Assembly (NCBI GenBank): GCA_944322365.1
Contig: CALUOW010000001.1
Span: 1 to 59,271, forward strand
Direction: 5' to 3'
DNA from: an uncultured Bacteroides sp.
GTDB lineage: Bacteria; Bacteroidota; Bacteroidia; Bacteroidales; Bacteroidaceae
Length of the DNA stretch: 59,271 nucleotides
Positions 11,181 to 21,234 of this stretch are shown here, piece after piece. Below the pieces are notes generated by a model. It ran no database searches. It was not told the origin of the DNA and saw nothing but the letters and a program-made list of their open reading frames with translations. The position numbers and the translations under genes were made by a program. Position 1 is the stretch's first letter. Every line of letters starts with the position of its first letter.

Positions 11181-12932
11181 ATGTATAGAACACATACTTG
11201 CGGAGAACTCCGCATTTCGAATGTAAATCAGAAGGTTACGCTGGCCGGATGGGTGCAGCGCAGCCGCAAGATGGGAGGCATGACTTTCGTCGACCTCCGC
11301 GACCGTTATGGAATCACCCAATTGGTCTTCAACGAAGAAGTGGATGCCGGCCTCTGCGAACAAGCCAACCGCTTGGGGCGCGAATACGTCATACAAGTCA
11401 CAGGCACGGTGAACGAACGCTTCAGCAAGAACGCCAACATCCCCACGGGAGACATTGAAATCATCGTATCGGAGCTGACAGTGCTCAACACCTCGCAGAC
11501 TCCTCCTTTCACCATCGAGGACAATACGGACGGTGGAGACGACATCCGCATGAAATACCGCTACTTGGACCTGCGCCGCACGGCTGTGCGCAAAAATCTG
11601 GAGTTGCGCCACAAGATGACCATTGAAGTGCGCAAATACCTGGACGAGCAAGGCTTCATCGAAGTGGAGACGCCCATCCTCGTAGGCTCCACGCCCGAAG
11701 GAGCGAGAGATTTCGTGGTGCCCTCCCGCATGAATCCCGGCCAATTTTATGCCCTGCCCCAAAGCCCGCAGACGTTGAAGCAACTGCTGATGGTGTCCGG
11801 CTTCGACCGCTACTTCCAGATAGCCAAGTGCTTCCGCGACGAAGATTTGCGCGCCGACCGCCAACCCGAATTTACCCAAATCGACTGCGAAATGTCTTTT
11901 GTGGAGCAGGACGATGTCATCAACCTCTTCGAAGGCATGGCCAAATACCTCTTCAAGACCATCCGTGGCGTGGAACTGACCGAACCTTTCCAACGGATGC
12001 CGTGGGCAGAAGCCATGAAATATTACGGGAGCGACAAGCCCGACTTGCGTTTCGGCATGAAGTTCGTGGAGTTGATGGACATCATGAAGGGGCATGGCTT
12101 CTCCGTCTTCGACAATGCAGCCTACATTGGCGGCATCTGCGCGGAGGGAGCCGCCAGCTACACGCGTAAGCAAATCGATGCCCTCACCGAATTTGTGAAG
12201 AAACCCCAGATTGGCGCCAAAGGTTTGGTTTATGCCCGCGTGGAAGCCGATGGACATGTGAAATCCAGCGTGGACAAATTCTACAGCCAGGAGGTGTTGC
12301 AGCAGATGAAGGCCGCTTTCGACGCCAAGCCCGGTGACCTCATCCTGATCCTGAGCGGAGATGACGCCATGAAGACGCGCAAACAACTATGCGAACTCCG
12401 CCTTGAGATGGGCAACCAACTGGGACTGAGAGACAAAAACAAGTTTGCCCTCCTGTGGGTCGTAGACTTCCCGATGTTCGAGTGGAGTGAGGAAGAAGGC
12501 CGCCTGATGGCCATGCACCATCCCTTCACGCATCCGAAGGACGAAGACATCCCCTTGCTGGACACTAATCCTGAAGCCGTGCGTGCCGATGCTTACGACA
12601 TGGTATGCAACGGTATTGAAGTGGGTGGCGGTTCCATCCGTATCCACGATGCCAAGCTCCAGGCCAAGATGTTCGAGATTTTGGGCTTCACTCCCGAACG
12701 TGCCCAAGAGCAGTTCGGCTTCCTGATGAACGCCTTCAAGTATGGCGCGCCCCCTCATGGAGGTTTGGCTTACGGCCTCGACCGCTGGGTGAGCATCTTT
12801 GCCGGCTTGGATAGCATCCGCGACTGCATTGCCTTCCCCAAGAACAACAGCGGACGCGATGTCATGCTGGACGCTCCCTCTGTCTTGGAACCCAAGCAGT
12901 TGGAAGAGCTGAAACTGGTGGTCAAAGAATAG
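11181..12932 (+). CDS. aspS: Aspartyl-tRNA synthetase
   Basis: [38 protein letters not shown]. Confidence 0.97.
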   Translation: MYRTHTCGELRISNVNQKVTLAGWVQRSRKMGGMTFVDLRDRYGITQLVFNEEVDAGLCEQANRLGREYVIQVTGTVNERFSKNANIPTGDIEIIVSELTVLNTSQTPPFTIEDNTDGGDDIRMKYRYLDLRRTAVRKNLELRHKMTIEVRKYLDEQGFIEVETPILVGSTPEGARDFVVPSRMNPGQFYALPQSPQTLKQLLMVSGFDRYFQIAKCFRDEDLRADRQPEFTQIDCEMSFVEQDDVINLFEGMAKYLFKTIRGVELTEPFQRMPWAEAMKYYGSDKPDLRFGMKFVELMDIMKGHGFSVFDNAAYIGGICAEGAASYTRKQIDALTEFVKKPQIGAKGLVYARVEADGHVKSSVDKFYSQEVLQQMKAAFDAKPGDLILILSGDDAMKTRKQLCELRLEMGNQLGLRDKNKFALLWVVDFPMFEWSEEEGRLMAMHHPFTHPKDEDIPLLDTNPEAVRADAYDMVCNGIEVGGGSIRIHDAKLQAKMFEILGFTPERAQEQFGFLMNAFKYGAPPHGGLAYGLDRWVSIFAGLDSIRDCIAFPKNNSGRDVMLDAPSVLEPKQLEELKLVVKE

Positions 12933-12936
12933 TGGT

Positions 12937-12991
12937 AAGTTGACAAGTTGACGAGGCTGCAAGGTTGCTTGTTTCCTCGTCAACTTATTTT
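12937..12991 (+). terminator. Hairpin after aspS with a duplicated AAGTTGAC octamer
   Basis: AAGTTGACGAGG (12945-12956) / CCTCGTCAACTT (12975-12986) then ATTTT. Confidence 0.6.
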
Positions 12992-13022
12992 CTTGTTAGC
13001 TGACAAATAAAAAACTGAGAAA

Positions 13023-13406
13023 GTGAAAGAATCAACCCGGATATTCCGTTTTGCGGTAATCGGCACGCTCAATGCGCTGATTACCGCGCTCGTTGTCTGG
13101 GTGATGATGCACCTGGCCGATGTCAATTACCGCCTCTCCAACGTCACGGCATACATCGTAGCGCAGACGCATAACTTCATTTGGTCCAAATACTGGATAT
13201 TCCCTACAGACAAGAAGAGCAACACCTGGCGACAGGTGCTGCTCTTTATTATTGCCTTCGGGGTGGCCTACGTGGCCCAATTCCTTTTTCTCGTCGGGTT
13301 GGTCGAAGGATTGGGATGCAACGAATACCTTGCCCAGTTCCTTGGCCTTTTTGTCTATGGCGGCGTCCAGTTTGTGATGAACAAGCGCCTGACCTTCAAT
13401 CCCTAA
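13023..13406 (+). CDS. GtrA-family membrane protein
   Basis: RFAVIG, NFIWSKYWIF, about four TM helices. Confidence 0.85.
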   Translation: MKESTRIFRFAVIGTLNALITALVVWVMMHLADVNYRLSNVTAYIVAQTHNFIWSKYWIFPTDKKSNTWRQVLLFIIAFGVAYVAQFLFLVGLVEGLGCNEYLAQFLGLFVYGGVQFVMNKRLTFNP

Positions 13407-14283
13407 AGCGCCGAGTCAAGTCTTGGTAGGCATCAATGCGTCGGTCGCGCAAGAAGGGCCACCAGCGGCGCACGTTCTCCGAGCGTTCCATATCCACCTT
13501 TACCACCAGATTCTGCGGGCGTCCGTTTTCGGCTTGCGCCAGGATTTCGCCTTGCGGGCCTGCCACAAAACTATTTCCCCAAAACAAGATACCGTTGGTT
13601 TGTCCGGACGGGTCAGGCTCATGCCCCACGCGGTTGACGCTGACCACAGGCAGGCCGTTGGATACGGCGTGGGCTCGCTGGGCAATGACCCAAGCATTCA
13701 ATTGGCGGGCCTTCTCGTCATCGGTGTCGGTACTTTCCCAACCAATGGCCGTGGGGTATATCAGTATTTCAGCGCCTTTCAATGCCATGAGGCGGGCGGC
13801 TTCGGGATACCATTGGTCCCAGCAAACCAGCACGCCCAGCTTGCCGACAGAGGTTTGTATCGGTTCGAAGCCTATGTCGCCGGGGGTGAAATAGAATTTC
13901 TCGTAATACGCCGGGTCGTCAGGAATGTGCATTTTGCGGTATTTGCCCGCGATGCTTCCGTCTTTCTCAAATACTACGGCCGTATTGTGATAGAGACCGG
14001 GCGCGCGTTTCTCGAAGAGGGAAGTGACCAGCACGATGCCCAACGAAGCGGCCAGTTCGGCAAAGAATCCTGTGGAAGGGCCGGGGATAGGTTCGGCCAA
14101 ATCGAAAAGGCGGGTGTCTTCCGTCTGGCAGAAATAGAGCGTGTTGTGCAACTCTTGGAGCACTACCAATTCGGCTCCATGCGCAGCGCAAGCCTCGATG
14201 CTGTGGGCCAGGTTCATCAGATTCTCGTGCATATCGGCCGTGTTGGCCTGTTGGATGATTCCTATTTTCAATGTTCTTGCCAT
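13396..14283 (-). CDS. aguB: Carbon-nitrogen hydrolase, N-carbamoylputrescine amidase-like
   Basis: LQELH, YRKMHIP, VCWDQW (E-K-C triad); downstream of agmatine deiminase; start chosen at MARTLK. Confidence 0.85.
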   Translation of the reverse strand: MARTLKIGIIQQANTADMHENLMNLAHSIEACAAHGAELVVLQELHNTLYFCQTEDTRLFDLAEPIPGPSTGFFAELAASLGIVLVTSLFEKRAPGLYHNTAVVFEKDGSIAGKYRKMHIPDDPAYYEKFYFTPGDIGFEPIQTSVGKLGVLVCWDQWYPEAARLMALKGAEILIYPTAIGWESTDTDDEKARQLNAWVIAQRAHAVSNGLPVVSVNRVGHEPDPSGQTNGILFWGNSFVAGPQGEILAQAENGRPQNLVVKVDMERSENVRRWWPFLRDRRIDAYQDLTRRFRD

Positions 14284-14350
14284 ATTGCTAGTTGTTAGAT
14301 GATAGTTTATCTTAGAAATCAAGTAGTTAGAAGTCAAGGAATGAAGAAGT

Positions 14351-15472
14351 TCATCCCATCACTCCCGCCGGATATTGCATCGTCACGCAATGCAACGACC
14401 CGTGCTGCTTGATGAGCGGGCGGCAATCGATGCCCACAATTTCCCGCCCGGGGAAAGCCTGGCGGAGCACGCCGTCGGCTTGCGCGTCCTTCTCCGGCTG
14501 GGCGTAAGTGGGATAGAGCACCGCATCGTTCAGGATGAGGAAGTTGGCATAAGTGGCGGGCAGACGCTCGCCCTCGAAGACGATGGGGTCGGGCAGGGGC
14601 AAGGGCAGAAGCCGGTAGGGTTTCCCGTCAGCCGTGCGCAAAGCCTTCAGTTCGGCCTCCATCTGCGCCAATTCTTCGTAATGTTCGTCCGCAGGATTGT
14701 CGCATCGGACATAGGCTATGGTCTCCGCATCGCAGAAGCGGGCCAACGTGTCCACGTGGCTGTCCGTGTCGTCGCCTGCCAAGTAGCCATGCTCCAGCCA
14801 GAGAACCCGTTGCAAGTGGAAAGTCTGGCGCAAGTATTCTTCAATCTCCACGCGGTTCATCTGTCCGTTGCGGTTGGGCGAGAGCAGGCATTGGCTGGTG
14901 GTGAGCAGCGTGCCCAAGCCGTCGCTCTCGATGGATCCTCCCTCCAACACGAAGCCCAATCGGTTGGTATACACGCCTTTCAATACGCCGGCCTGGACGA
15001 GATGCCGGGTAATCTGGTTATCCTTGTCCGACGCGAATTTCAATCCCCAACCGTTGAAGGTAAAGTCCAATAAATGAGGACCGTCCGAATCCAACATCGT
15101 GATGGCGCCATGATCCCGCGCCCACGTGTCGTTGGTAGGGCAGGCCACAAAGCGCACGTTGCCCATTTGCACGCCCGCATCCTTCAGCTTCCGCTCCACT
15201 TCGTCGGGATGCGGATGCACCACCACAAGGCGTTCGCGGCGCGCCACCTCGCGGGCTATGCCCGTGAAGCAACGCTCCACCTCGTCCAGCATCCCGGCCC
15301 AATCCGTATCCTCGTGGGGCCAAGTCAATTGCACGCCGCTCTGCCAAGCCCATTCGGCAGGCAACAGAGGGGCGCGGACTTCCACCTGAAAGCCCATGTT
15401 CTTGCCAAAACGCACCTGGTAGTCCTTCTCATCGGCGGCTCCTTGGAGCGGCATTCCTACGACGTATCCCAT
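14351..15472 (-). CDS. aguA: Agmatine deiminase family protein
   Basis: PAEW, DTWARDHG, LEGGS, DTDSHVD, GSLHCVT. Confidence 0.9.
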   Translation of the reverse strand: MGYVVGMPLQGAADEKDYQVRFGKNMGFQVEVRAPLLPAEWAWQSGVQLTWPHEDTDWAGMLDEVERCFTGIAREVARRERLVVVHPHPDEVERKLKDAGVQMGNVRFVACPTNDTWARDHGAITMLDSDGPHLLDFTFNGWGLKFASDKDNQITRHLVQAGVLKGVYTNRLGFVLEGGSIESDGLGTLLTTSQCLLSPNRNGQMNRVEIEEYLRQTFHLQRVLWLEHGYLAGDDTDSHVDTLARFCDAETIAYVRCDNPADEHYEELAQMEAELKALRTADGKPYRLLPLPLPDPIVFEGERLPATYANFLILNDAVLYPTYAQPEKDAQADGVLRQAFPGREIVGIDCRPLIKQHGSLHCVTMQYPAGVMG

Positions 15473-15641
15473 ACAAGATTCCTTTCTTCTTGAATAATAT
15501 TATAATATAATGTATGGCTGCAAAGATACATCCTCTTGGCCACACTACCAAAAAGCCTCTGCCGATTAGCTGCAAAAACCTGTTAAAGCCTCAGGAAAAG
15601 CTCCCTACCGGATAGAAAAACTTTCCGATCCTATGTAAAAT

Positions 15642-15729
15642 CTCCATCTTTAAGCTAAAGATGTACATCTGCAACCTAAAGACAGACATCTGCAACCTAA
15701 AGATGCGCATCTGTAGGCTAAAGATGGAG
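15642..15729. repeat. 21-bp-period palindrome array with 11-bp terminal inverted repeats (array C)
   Basis: CATCT at 15645, 15666, 15687, 15708; CTCCATCTTTA (15642-15652) / TAAAGATGGAG (15719-15729). Confidence 0.9.
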
Positions 15730-15844
15730 TTCGGAAAAGGCATTGCAAGTTTTTCCAGGCGCGGAAAGAAGTTTTTCCGGCAGGTTGCATTTTTATTTCC
15801 CAGAGTTTTTTCTTATCTTTGCGCCCAAAAATAAAGCGAATCCG

Positions 15845-16627
15845 ATGAAAATCAAGGAAATCATAGATGCCCTTGAGCGTTTCGCGCCCCTGCCCTTGCA
15901 AGACGGCTTCGACAATGCCGGCCTGCAAACGGGACTGACAGGGGCGGAAGCCACAGGGGCTTTGTTGTGTCTGGACGTCACCGAAGACGTGGTGGACGAA
16001 GCCATTACGCTGGGCATGAACCTCGTCGTGGCCCATCATCCCCTCCTTTTCCACGGGCTGAAGAGCCTGACGGGGCGCGACTACGTGGAGCGTTGCCTGA
16101 TGAAGGCCGTCAAGAACGACATCGTCGTTTATGCCGCCCATACCAACTTGGACAACGCGCCGGGAGGAGTCAACTTCAAGATGGCCGAAAAGGTGGGCTT
16201 GACGGACGTACGCTTCCTCGACCCGCGCACGGACGGGCAGGAGGGAGGTTCGGGCGTTATCGGCGTCTTGCCGGAAGCCGAAACGGAGACAAACTTTCTG
16301 CGCGGAATCAAGAAAACCTTCGAGGCGCAATGCGTGAAGCACAACCGCCTGCGCGGACGCGAAATCCGTACCGTGGCCTTGTGCGGGGGTGCCGGCTCGT
16401 TCCTCATCCCGCAAGCCGTGCGGCAGGGAGCCGATGCCTTCGTAACAGGCGAAATCAAGTACCACGAGTTCTTTGGCCACGACGAAGACATCCTGCTGGC
16501 AGCCCTGGGGCACTACGAGAGCGAGCAATACACCAAAGAGATATTTGAAACATTCATCCGGGAGCAGTTCCCCGTGCTTGACGTCCGCCAGGCGAGGGTG
16601 AACACCAATCCCATAAAGTATATGTAA
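15845..16627 (+). CDS. Nif3-like dinuclear metal centre protein
   Basis: DNAGLQ, HHPLLF, HTNLD, GHYESE; TATCTTTG promoter at 15814 supports ATG 15845. Confidence 0.92.
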   Translation: MKIKEIIDALERFAPLPLQDGFDNAGLQTGLTGAEATGALLCLDVTEDVVDEAITLGMNLVVAHHPLLFHGLKSLTGRDYVERCLMKAVKNDIVVYAAHTNLDNAPGGVNFKMAEKVGLTDVRFLDPRTDGQEGGSGVIGVLPEAETETNFLRGIKKTFEAQCVKHNRLRGREIRTVALCGGAGSFLIPQAVRQGADAFVTGEIKYHEFFGHDEDILLAALGHYESEQYTKEIFETFIREQFPVLDVRQARVNTNPIKYM

Positions 16628-16640
16628 AGAGAAAAGAAAT

Positions 16641-17474
16641 ATGGCTACTACGAAAGACGTAAAGAAAAATTCACAGGACCTGTCTGTGGAGCAAAAGCTG
16701 AAAGCATTGTATCAATTGCAAACCATGCTGTCGAAGATAGACGAAATCAAGACGCTGCGTGGCGAATTGCCGTTGGAGGTGCAAGATTTGGAAGACGAAA
16801 TCGCCGGCCTGCATACCCGCGTGGAAAGATTGAAGTCTGAAATCGCCGACCTGAAGTCTTCCATTGCCGGAAAGAAAGTGGAGATTGAAGCTGCCAAAAA
16901 CTCCATCGCCAAGTACAAAGATCAACAAGACAACGTGCGCAACAACCGCGAATACGACTTCTTGAGCAAGGAAATCGAATTTCAGACACTGGAGATGGAA
17001 TTGTGCGAAAAGCGCATCCGCGAATTTACCGAACAACAGAACGAGAAGGAGAAAGAGGTAGAAAACTGCATCCATAAAGTAGAAGAGCGCACCAAAGATT
17101 TGGAAGCCAAAAAGAACGAGTTGGACGAAATCGTGTCTGAAACCAAGCAAGAAGAAGAAAAACTGCGCGACAAGGCCAAAGATCTGGAAACCAAGATCGA
17201 ACCCCGTCTGCTTCAATCCTTCAAACGCATCCGCAAAAGCTCGCGCAACGGCTTGGGCATCGTCTATGTGCAACGCGATGCTTGCGGCGGTTGCTTCAAC
17301 AAAATTCCGCCCCAGCGCCAGTTGGACATCCGTTCGCGCAAGAAAATCATCGTGTGCGAATACTGCGGCCGCATCATGATTGACCCCGAACTGGCCGGCG
17401 TGACCCCCGAAGCAAAGCCGGAAGCCACCAAGGACAAACCGACACGCAGACGGAGAATCACGAGCGAATCTTAA
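16641..17474 (+). CDS. Coiled-coil protein with C4 zinc ribbon
   Basis: Long heptad-rich region, then CGGC...CEYC. Confidence 0.85.
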   Translation: MATTKDVKKNSQDLSVEQKLKALYQLQTMLSKIDEIKTLRGELPLEVQDLEDEIAGLHTRVERLKSEIADLKSSIAGKKVEIEAAKNSIAKYKDQQDNVRNNREYDFLSKEIEFQTLEMELCEKRIREFTEQQNEKEKEVENCIHKVEERTKDLEAKKNELDEIVSETKQEEEKLRDKAKDLETKIEPRLLQSFKRIRKSSRNGLGIVYVQRDACGGCFNKIPPQRQLDIRSRKKIIVCEYCGRIMIDPELAGVTPEAKPEATKDKPTRRRRITSES

Positions 17475-17501
17475 AGGAATAAAGAGGAGAGGGAAGGCGC
17501 T

Positions 17502-17954
17502 CTACAACAAGGACTTGTAATCGGGAATGTCGGGTAAGAACTGGTATGTGCGTCGCGCATAATCCATCCGGCAACAAAAATGCCGCAACCCGTTGCTCAC
17601 CACTAGATAATCCACGTGCAGCACCATGTTGTACCGGCTTATTTGGTCGAACACAGTTTGCGTGATTCCTACGTCCGGCGCCTTATACTCCATAATCATT
17701 TGCGCTGTGAGGTCGCGCTTGTAAAGCACGGTGTCACAGCGCTTTTTCGTATGGTTAAGAGCCAATTGCACTTCGTTGGCCATCAATGACGGAGGATACC
17801 CTTTCCTCTCCACCAAGTAATGCACAAAGTGTTGGCGCACCCATTCTTCGGGGGTCAAAGCCACATATCGCCGGCGAAGCATATCGAAAATAACAGTTTT
17901 CCCGTCTCTTTGCACGATTTTGGCATCGAATGCAGGTAAGTTTAATGATAACAT
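17502..17954 (-). CDS. Stand-alone HsdR N-terminal-domain protein
   Basis: LTPEEWVRQ, RCD..EYK, QISRY, SNG. Confidence 0.82.
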   Translation of the reverse strand: MLSLNLPAFDAKIVQRDGKTVIFDMLRRRYVALTPEEWVRQHFVHYLVERKGYPPSLMANEVQLALNHTKKRCDTVLYKRDLTAQMIMEYKAPDVGITQTVFDQISRYNMVLHVDYLVVSNGLRHFCCRMDYARRTYQFLPDIPDYKSLL

Positions 17955-18082
17955 TTCGTATATTTGTAGAGTTATTGACGCATGATTCCGGGCGCAAAAT
18001 TACGGATTATGCTTGATAATGCGAAACGAACCGGCCAATATAAGGTTGGCTGATATACCTAATAATCATAGACAGACAAATT

Positions 18083-19102
18083 ATGGCAAGGCAGGAAATG
18101 ACCTACGAAGACATACTCAAAGAACTGAAAAACAAGCAATACCGCCCTGTTTATTACCTAATGGGGGAAGAATCTTATTACATCGACCTTATTGCCGACT
18201 ACATAGCCGCGCACGTCTTGACGGACGATGAAAAGGAGTTCAACCAAACCATCGTTTACGGCCCCGATACGGACATGGCCAACATTGTGAACGCCGCCAA
18301 ACGCTATCCGATGATGGCCGAACACCAGGTGGTCATTGTCAAAGAAGCCCAAGCCTTGCGCGGCTTGGACGAACTGTCCTACTACCTCCGCAAGCCGCAA
18401 CCCACCACCATCCTAGTCTTCTGCCACAAGCATGGATCATTGGACAGACGCAAGAAAATAGCAGCCGAAATAGAGAAAAACGGCATCCTTTTTGAATCGA
18501 AAAAAATGAAGGAAAGCCAGTTGCCTGCATTCATAACTTCATACATAAAGCGAAGGAAGCTAGACATTGAACCTAAGGCTGTATCCATGTTGGCGGACTT
18601 TGTAGGTACAGACCTCAGCCGCTTGGCCGGAGAGATAGAGAAGCTCATCATCACACTTCCCAAAAAACAGACACGCATCACTCCAGCGCAAATCGAGCAA
18701 AACATAGGCGTCAGCAAGGACTATAACAACTTTGAGCTCCGCGCCGCTTTGGTTGAAAAAGATATATTGAAGGCCAATCGCATCGTGAAATATTTTGAAG
18801 AAAATCCGAAAACCAATCCCATACAAATGACTTTATCTTTACTTTTCAGCTTCTTCTCCAACCTCATGCTTGCTTATTACGCCCCGGACAAATCCGAGCA
18901 GGGCATAGCTTCTTTTTTAGGATTGAAGTCTCCTTGGCAATCGCGCGAATACATGTTGGCTATGCGCCGCTACAGCGGAGTGAAGACCATGCAGATCATT
19001 GGCGAAATTCGTTATGCCGATGCTGCTTCGAAAGGCGTAGGCAATTCCTCGGCCAGCAATTCCGATATCTTGCGCGAACTTGTTTTCAAAATCTTACATT
19101 GA
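18083..19102 (+). CDS. holA: DNA polymerase III delta subunit
   Basis: VYYLMGEESY, EFNQTIVYG, VVIVKEAQ. Confidence 0.93.
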   Translation: MARQEMTYEDILKELKNKQYRPVYYLMGEESYYIDLIADYIAAHVLTDDEKEFNQTIVYGPDTDMANIVNAAKRYPMMAEHQVVIVKEAQALRGLDELSYYLRKPQPTTILVFCHKHGSLDRRKKIAAEIEKNGILFESKKMKESQLPAFITSYIKRRKLDIEPKAVSMLADFVGTDLSRLAGEIEKLIITLPKKQTRITPAQIEQNIGVSKDYNNFELRAALVEKDILKANRIVKYFEENPKTNPIQMTLSLLFSFFSNLMLAYYAPDKSEQGIASFLGLKSPWQSREYMLAMRRYSGVKTMQIIGEIRYADAASKGVGNSSASNSDILRELVFKILH

Positions 19103-19133
19103 TTTTCTCTTTCCTAGGAATTCCCTTTTATAC

Positions 19134-19189
19134 GGGAGTGTATCAACAGACATGGACGATGCGTCTATTCGGATACACTCCCTCTTTTT
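19134..19189 (+). terminator. Probable holA terminator
   Basis: GGGAGTGTATC / GATACACTCCC stem followed by TCTTTTT. Confidence 0.7.
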
Positions 19190-19411
19190 AATGCTCCATT
19201 TTCTAGAATCTTCCGAAAACATTTCTCTCTAAATCTATCCAAACCATTGCCGGACAATACATTAACCTCCAATAGACCGCCTGAGAATCCCTTATTTGCT
19301 TTCTTACCCAGCCATCGGCCAGAAAATCGCAAGGATTTATAGGAAAAGGCGACAAGTGCCAACTCTGCTCCTCTCTTCTTCTCTCTTTCTCCTTCACACC
19401 CTCTCTCGTAA

Positions 19412-19903
19412 TAACAATTGTAAAATAAAAGTGCATTTACAAAAGTGAATATTCCAAACTTAATTCCCTGAAGAAAGATTACTATTGTAATATATACATC
19501 TGTAAAATATGAAATTTACTCCTATAAAATGGCTGATAGAATAGCATTTACAAGTGTATTTTTGTACCAATATTGCCAATAATAAATCTATTCTTATGAA
19601 CAATTTATACGATTGTTATTAAATAAAAGAGTAAAATAAAGCCTCAAAATAGGGAGTATGCTTGTAATATTTTCGATTATGCCTATTTGTTTACAATTAT
19701 AATACACTCATAATCAGTATTATAAATATATTACCTAAAGTAATTAAAGAAGATGGTAGAATAGAGTATGCAGTTGCAATCATAACAATTGTGATAGCAC
19801 AAATACAGATGTATAAATAATAATATCCACTTTTATATTTGCAGGTGTAAATATAAAGCTGTATCTTTGTAATCGAAAAATCGAATGACACTTATTGTTG
19901 TAA
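19412..19903. promoter_or_regulatory. Array of TTACA-NN-TGTAA palindromes
   Basis: Copies with 2 or fewer mismatches at 19412, 19437, 19479, 19494, 19516, 19548, 19691, 19783, 19803, 19839, 19892; weaker copies at 19607, 19656, 19768, 19861. Confidence 0.8.
19838..19869 (+). promoter_or_regulatory. Bacteroidota housekeeping promoter for the XRE gene
   Basis: -33 TTTG (19838-19841), 20-nt spacer, -7 TATCTTTG (19862-19869). Confidence 0.7.
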
Positions 19904-19909
19904 AGACAT

Positions 19910-20377
19910 ATGATGGACGAAATTAAAGACAGACTAAAAATGATCATGGATCGGGAGAAGCTGACGGCCGGTGCTTTTGCCGAAAGCATCGGAGCTTCAC
20001 AAGCCACCATTTCCCATATACTGGGCGGACGTAACAAACCAAGTGTGGAAATGTTGTTGCGCGTGCATCAACGCTACGTGGACATCAATTTGGAATGGTT
20101 GCTGACGGGCAAGGGGGAGATGAGCAGCGTGCCGTCTGCCGATGTCACCCAAGGAGATTCGGGTTATCCTTTGTTTGCCGAGAATGCCGAAAATTCCTCC
20201 GGCGGGACGGGCGATGCCGAAAATCGCAAGGAAATGCCATTAGAACGCCCCCAAAACAAGCCAAAAGAGATTGTAAAACAAGAGATTATCTATAAAGAAA
20301 GGCCACCTAGGAAAATCACCGAAATACGAATTTTTTTCGATGACAATACCTACGAAATTTTCCGGCCTGCAAATTAA
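19910..20377 (+). CDS. XRE-family helix-turn-helix protein
   Basis: FAESIGASQATISHILGGRNKPS HTH, WLLTGKG, low-complexity linker, C-terminal ITEIRIFFDDNTYEIF. Confidence 0.9.
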   Translation: MMDEIKDRLKMIMDREKLTAGAFAESIGASQATISHILGGRNKPSVEMLLRVHQRYVDINLEWLLTGKGEMSSVPSADVTQGDSGYPLFAENAENSSGGTGDAENRKEMPLERPQNKPKEIVKQEIIYKERPPRKITEIRIFFDDNTYEIFRPAN

Positions 20378-20445
20378 GATGCAAACCACCGGCGTTTTGC
20401 CTAAAATGGTGTATCTTTGCCTCCCGAAAAGATTCATACTTATCA

Positions 20446-21234
20446 ATGTACAGATTTATGAAAAAATACATCTTAGATTTGGCGGTAACCGAAAACATTA
20501 GGTTGCACGACCACTATGTATTATTGAAGCTGACCTCGACTGAAGAGCTTCCAGAAATGCTTCCTGGGCAGTTTGCAGAAATACGTGTGGATGGGTCATC
20601 CACAACCTTCTTGCGGCGGCCTATTTCCATCAATTATGTGGATAGACGGAAGAACGAACTGTGGTTCCTTATTCAGCTGGTTGGAGACGGAACAAGACGT
20701 TTAGGAGAAGCTAAAGCGGGCGACCGGATCAATGCGGTGTTGCCACTCGGAAACGGCTTCACAATGCCTCAAACGCCCTCGGACAAGCTCTTGCTTATAG
20801 GCGGCGGTGTGGGTACGGCTCCCATGCTCTATTTGGGCGAGCAATTAGCCAAGAATGGAAGCCGTCCTATCTTCTTATTGGGAGCCAGAAGTCACCAAGA
20901 CCTGTTGCAGTTAGAACAATTTGCCCAATATGGCGAGGTATATGTGACAACTGAAGACGGAAGCCAAGGCGAACGCGGATATGTCACCCAACACTCCGTC
21001 TTGGATAAGAAAAATTTTGAAATGATATATACTTGCGGCCCCAAGCCGATGATGATGGCGGTGGCAAAATATGCCAAAAGCAAAGGCATCGAATGCGAAG
21101 TGTCGTTGGAAAATACGATGGCTTGCGGCATCGGCGCGTGCTTATGTTGCGTGGAAAACACGACGGAAGGGCATTTATGTGTATGTAAAGATGGTCCAGT
21201 TTTTAACATAAACAAATTGTTATGGCAGATTTAA
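20446..21234 (+). CDS. pyrK: Dihydroorotate dehydrogenase electron transfer subunit
   Basis: [24 protein letters not shown] 2Fe-2S motif; the start may be 20458. Confidence 0.94.
   Translation: MYRFMKKYILDLAVTENIRLHDHYVLLKLTSTEELPEMLPGQFAEIRVDGSSTTFLRRPISINYVDRRKNELWFLIQLVGDGTRRLGEAKAGDRINAVLPLGNGFTMPQTPSDKLLLIGGGVGTAPMLYLGEQLAKNGSRPIFLLGARSHQDLLQLEQFAQYGEVYVTTEDGSQGERGYVTQHSVLDKKNFEMIYTCGPKPMMMAVAKYAKSKGIECEVSLENTMACGIGACLCCVENTTEGHLCVCKDGPVFNINKLLWQI

Noticed and set aside
13396-13406. Convergent 3' overlaps (gtrA-like/aguB; also 6837-6842)
   Set aside because: Short tail-to-tail overlaps are common and need no special explanation.
14286-14340. Weak TAG-led heptamer and TTAGAARTCAAG repeats between aguA and aguB
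   Set aside because: Too short and degenerate to distinguish from chance.
19103-19909. AT-rich intergenic region as oriC
   Set aside because: No cluster of TTATCCACA-type DnaA boxes (only ATATCCACT near 19823), no dnaA/dnaN nearby, and a dif-like site 7 kb away; not fully excluded without GC skew.
19165-20037. Short minus-strand ORFs in the holA-XRE gap
   Set aside because: Low-complexity translations of the AT-rich array and pyrimidine tract; no coding signal.
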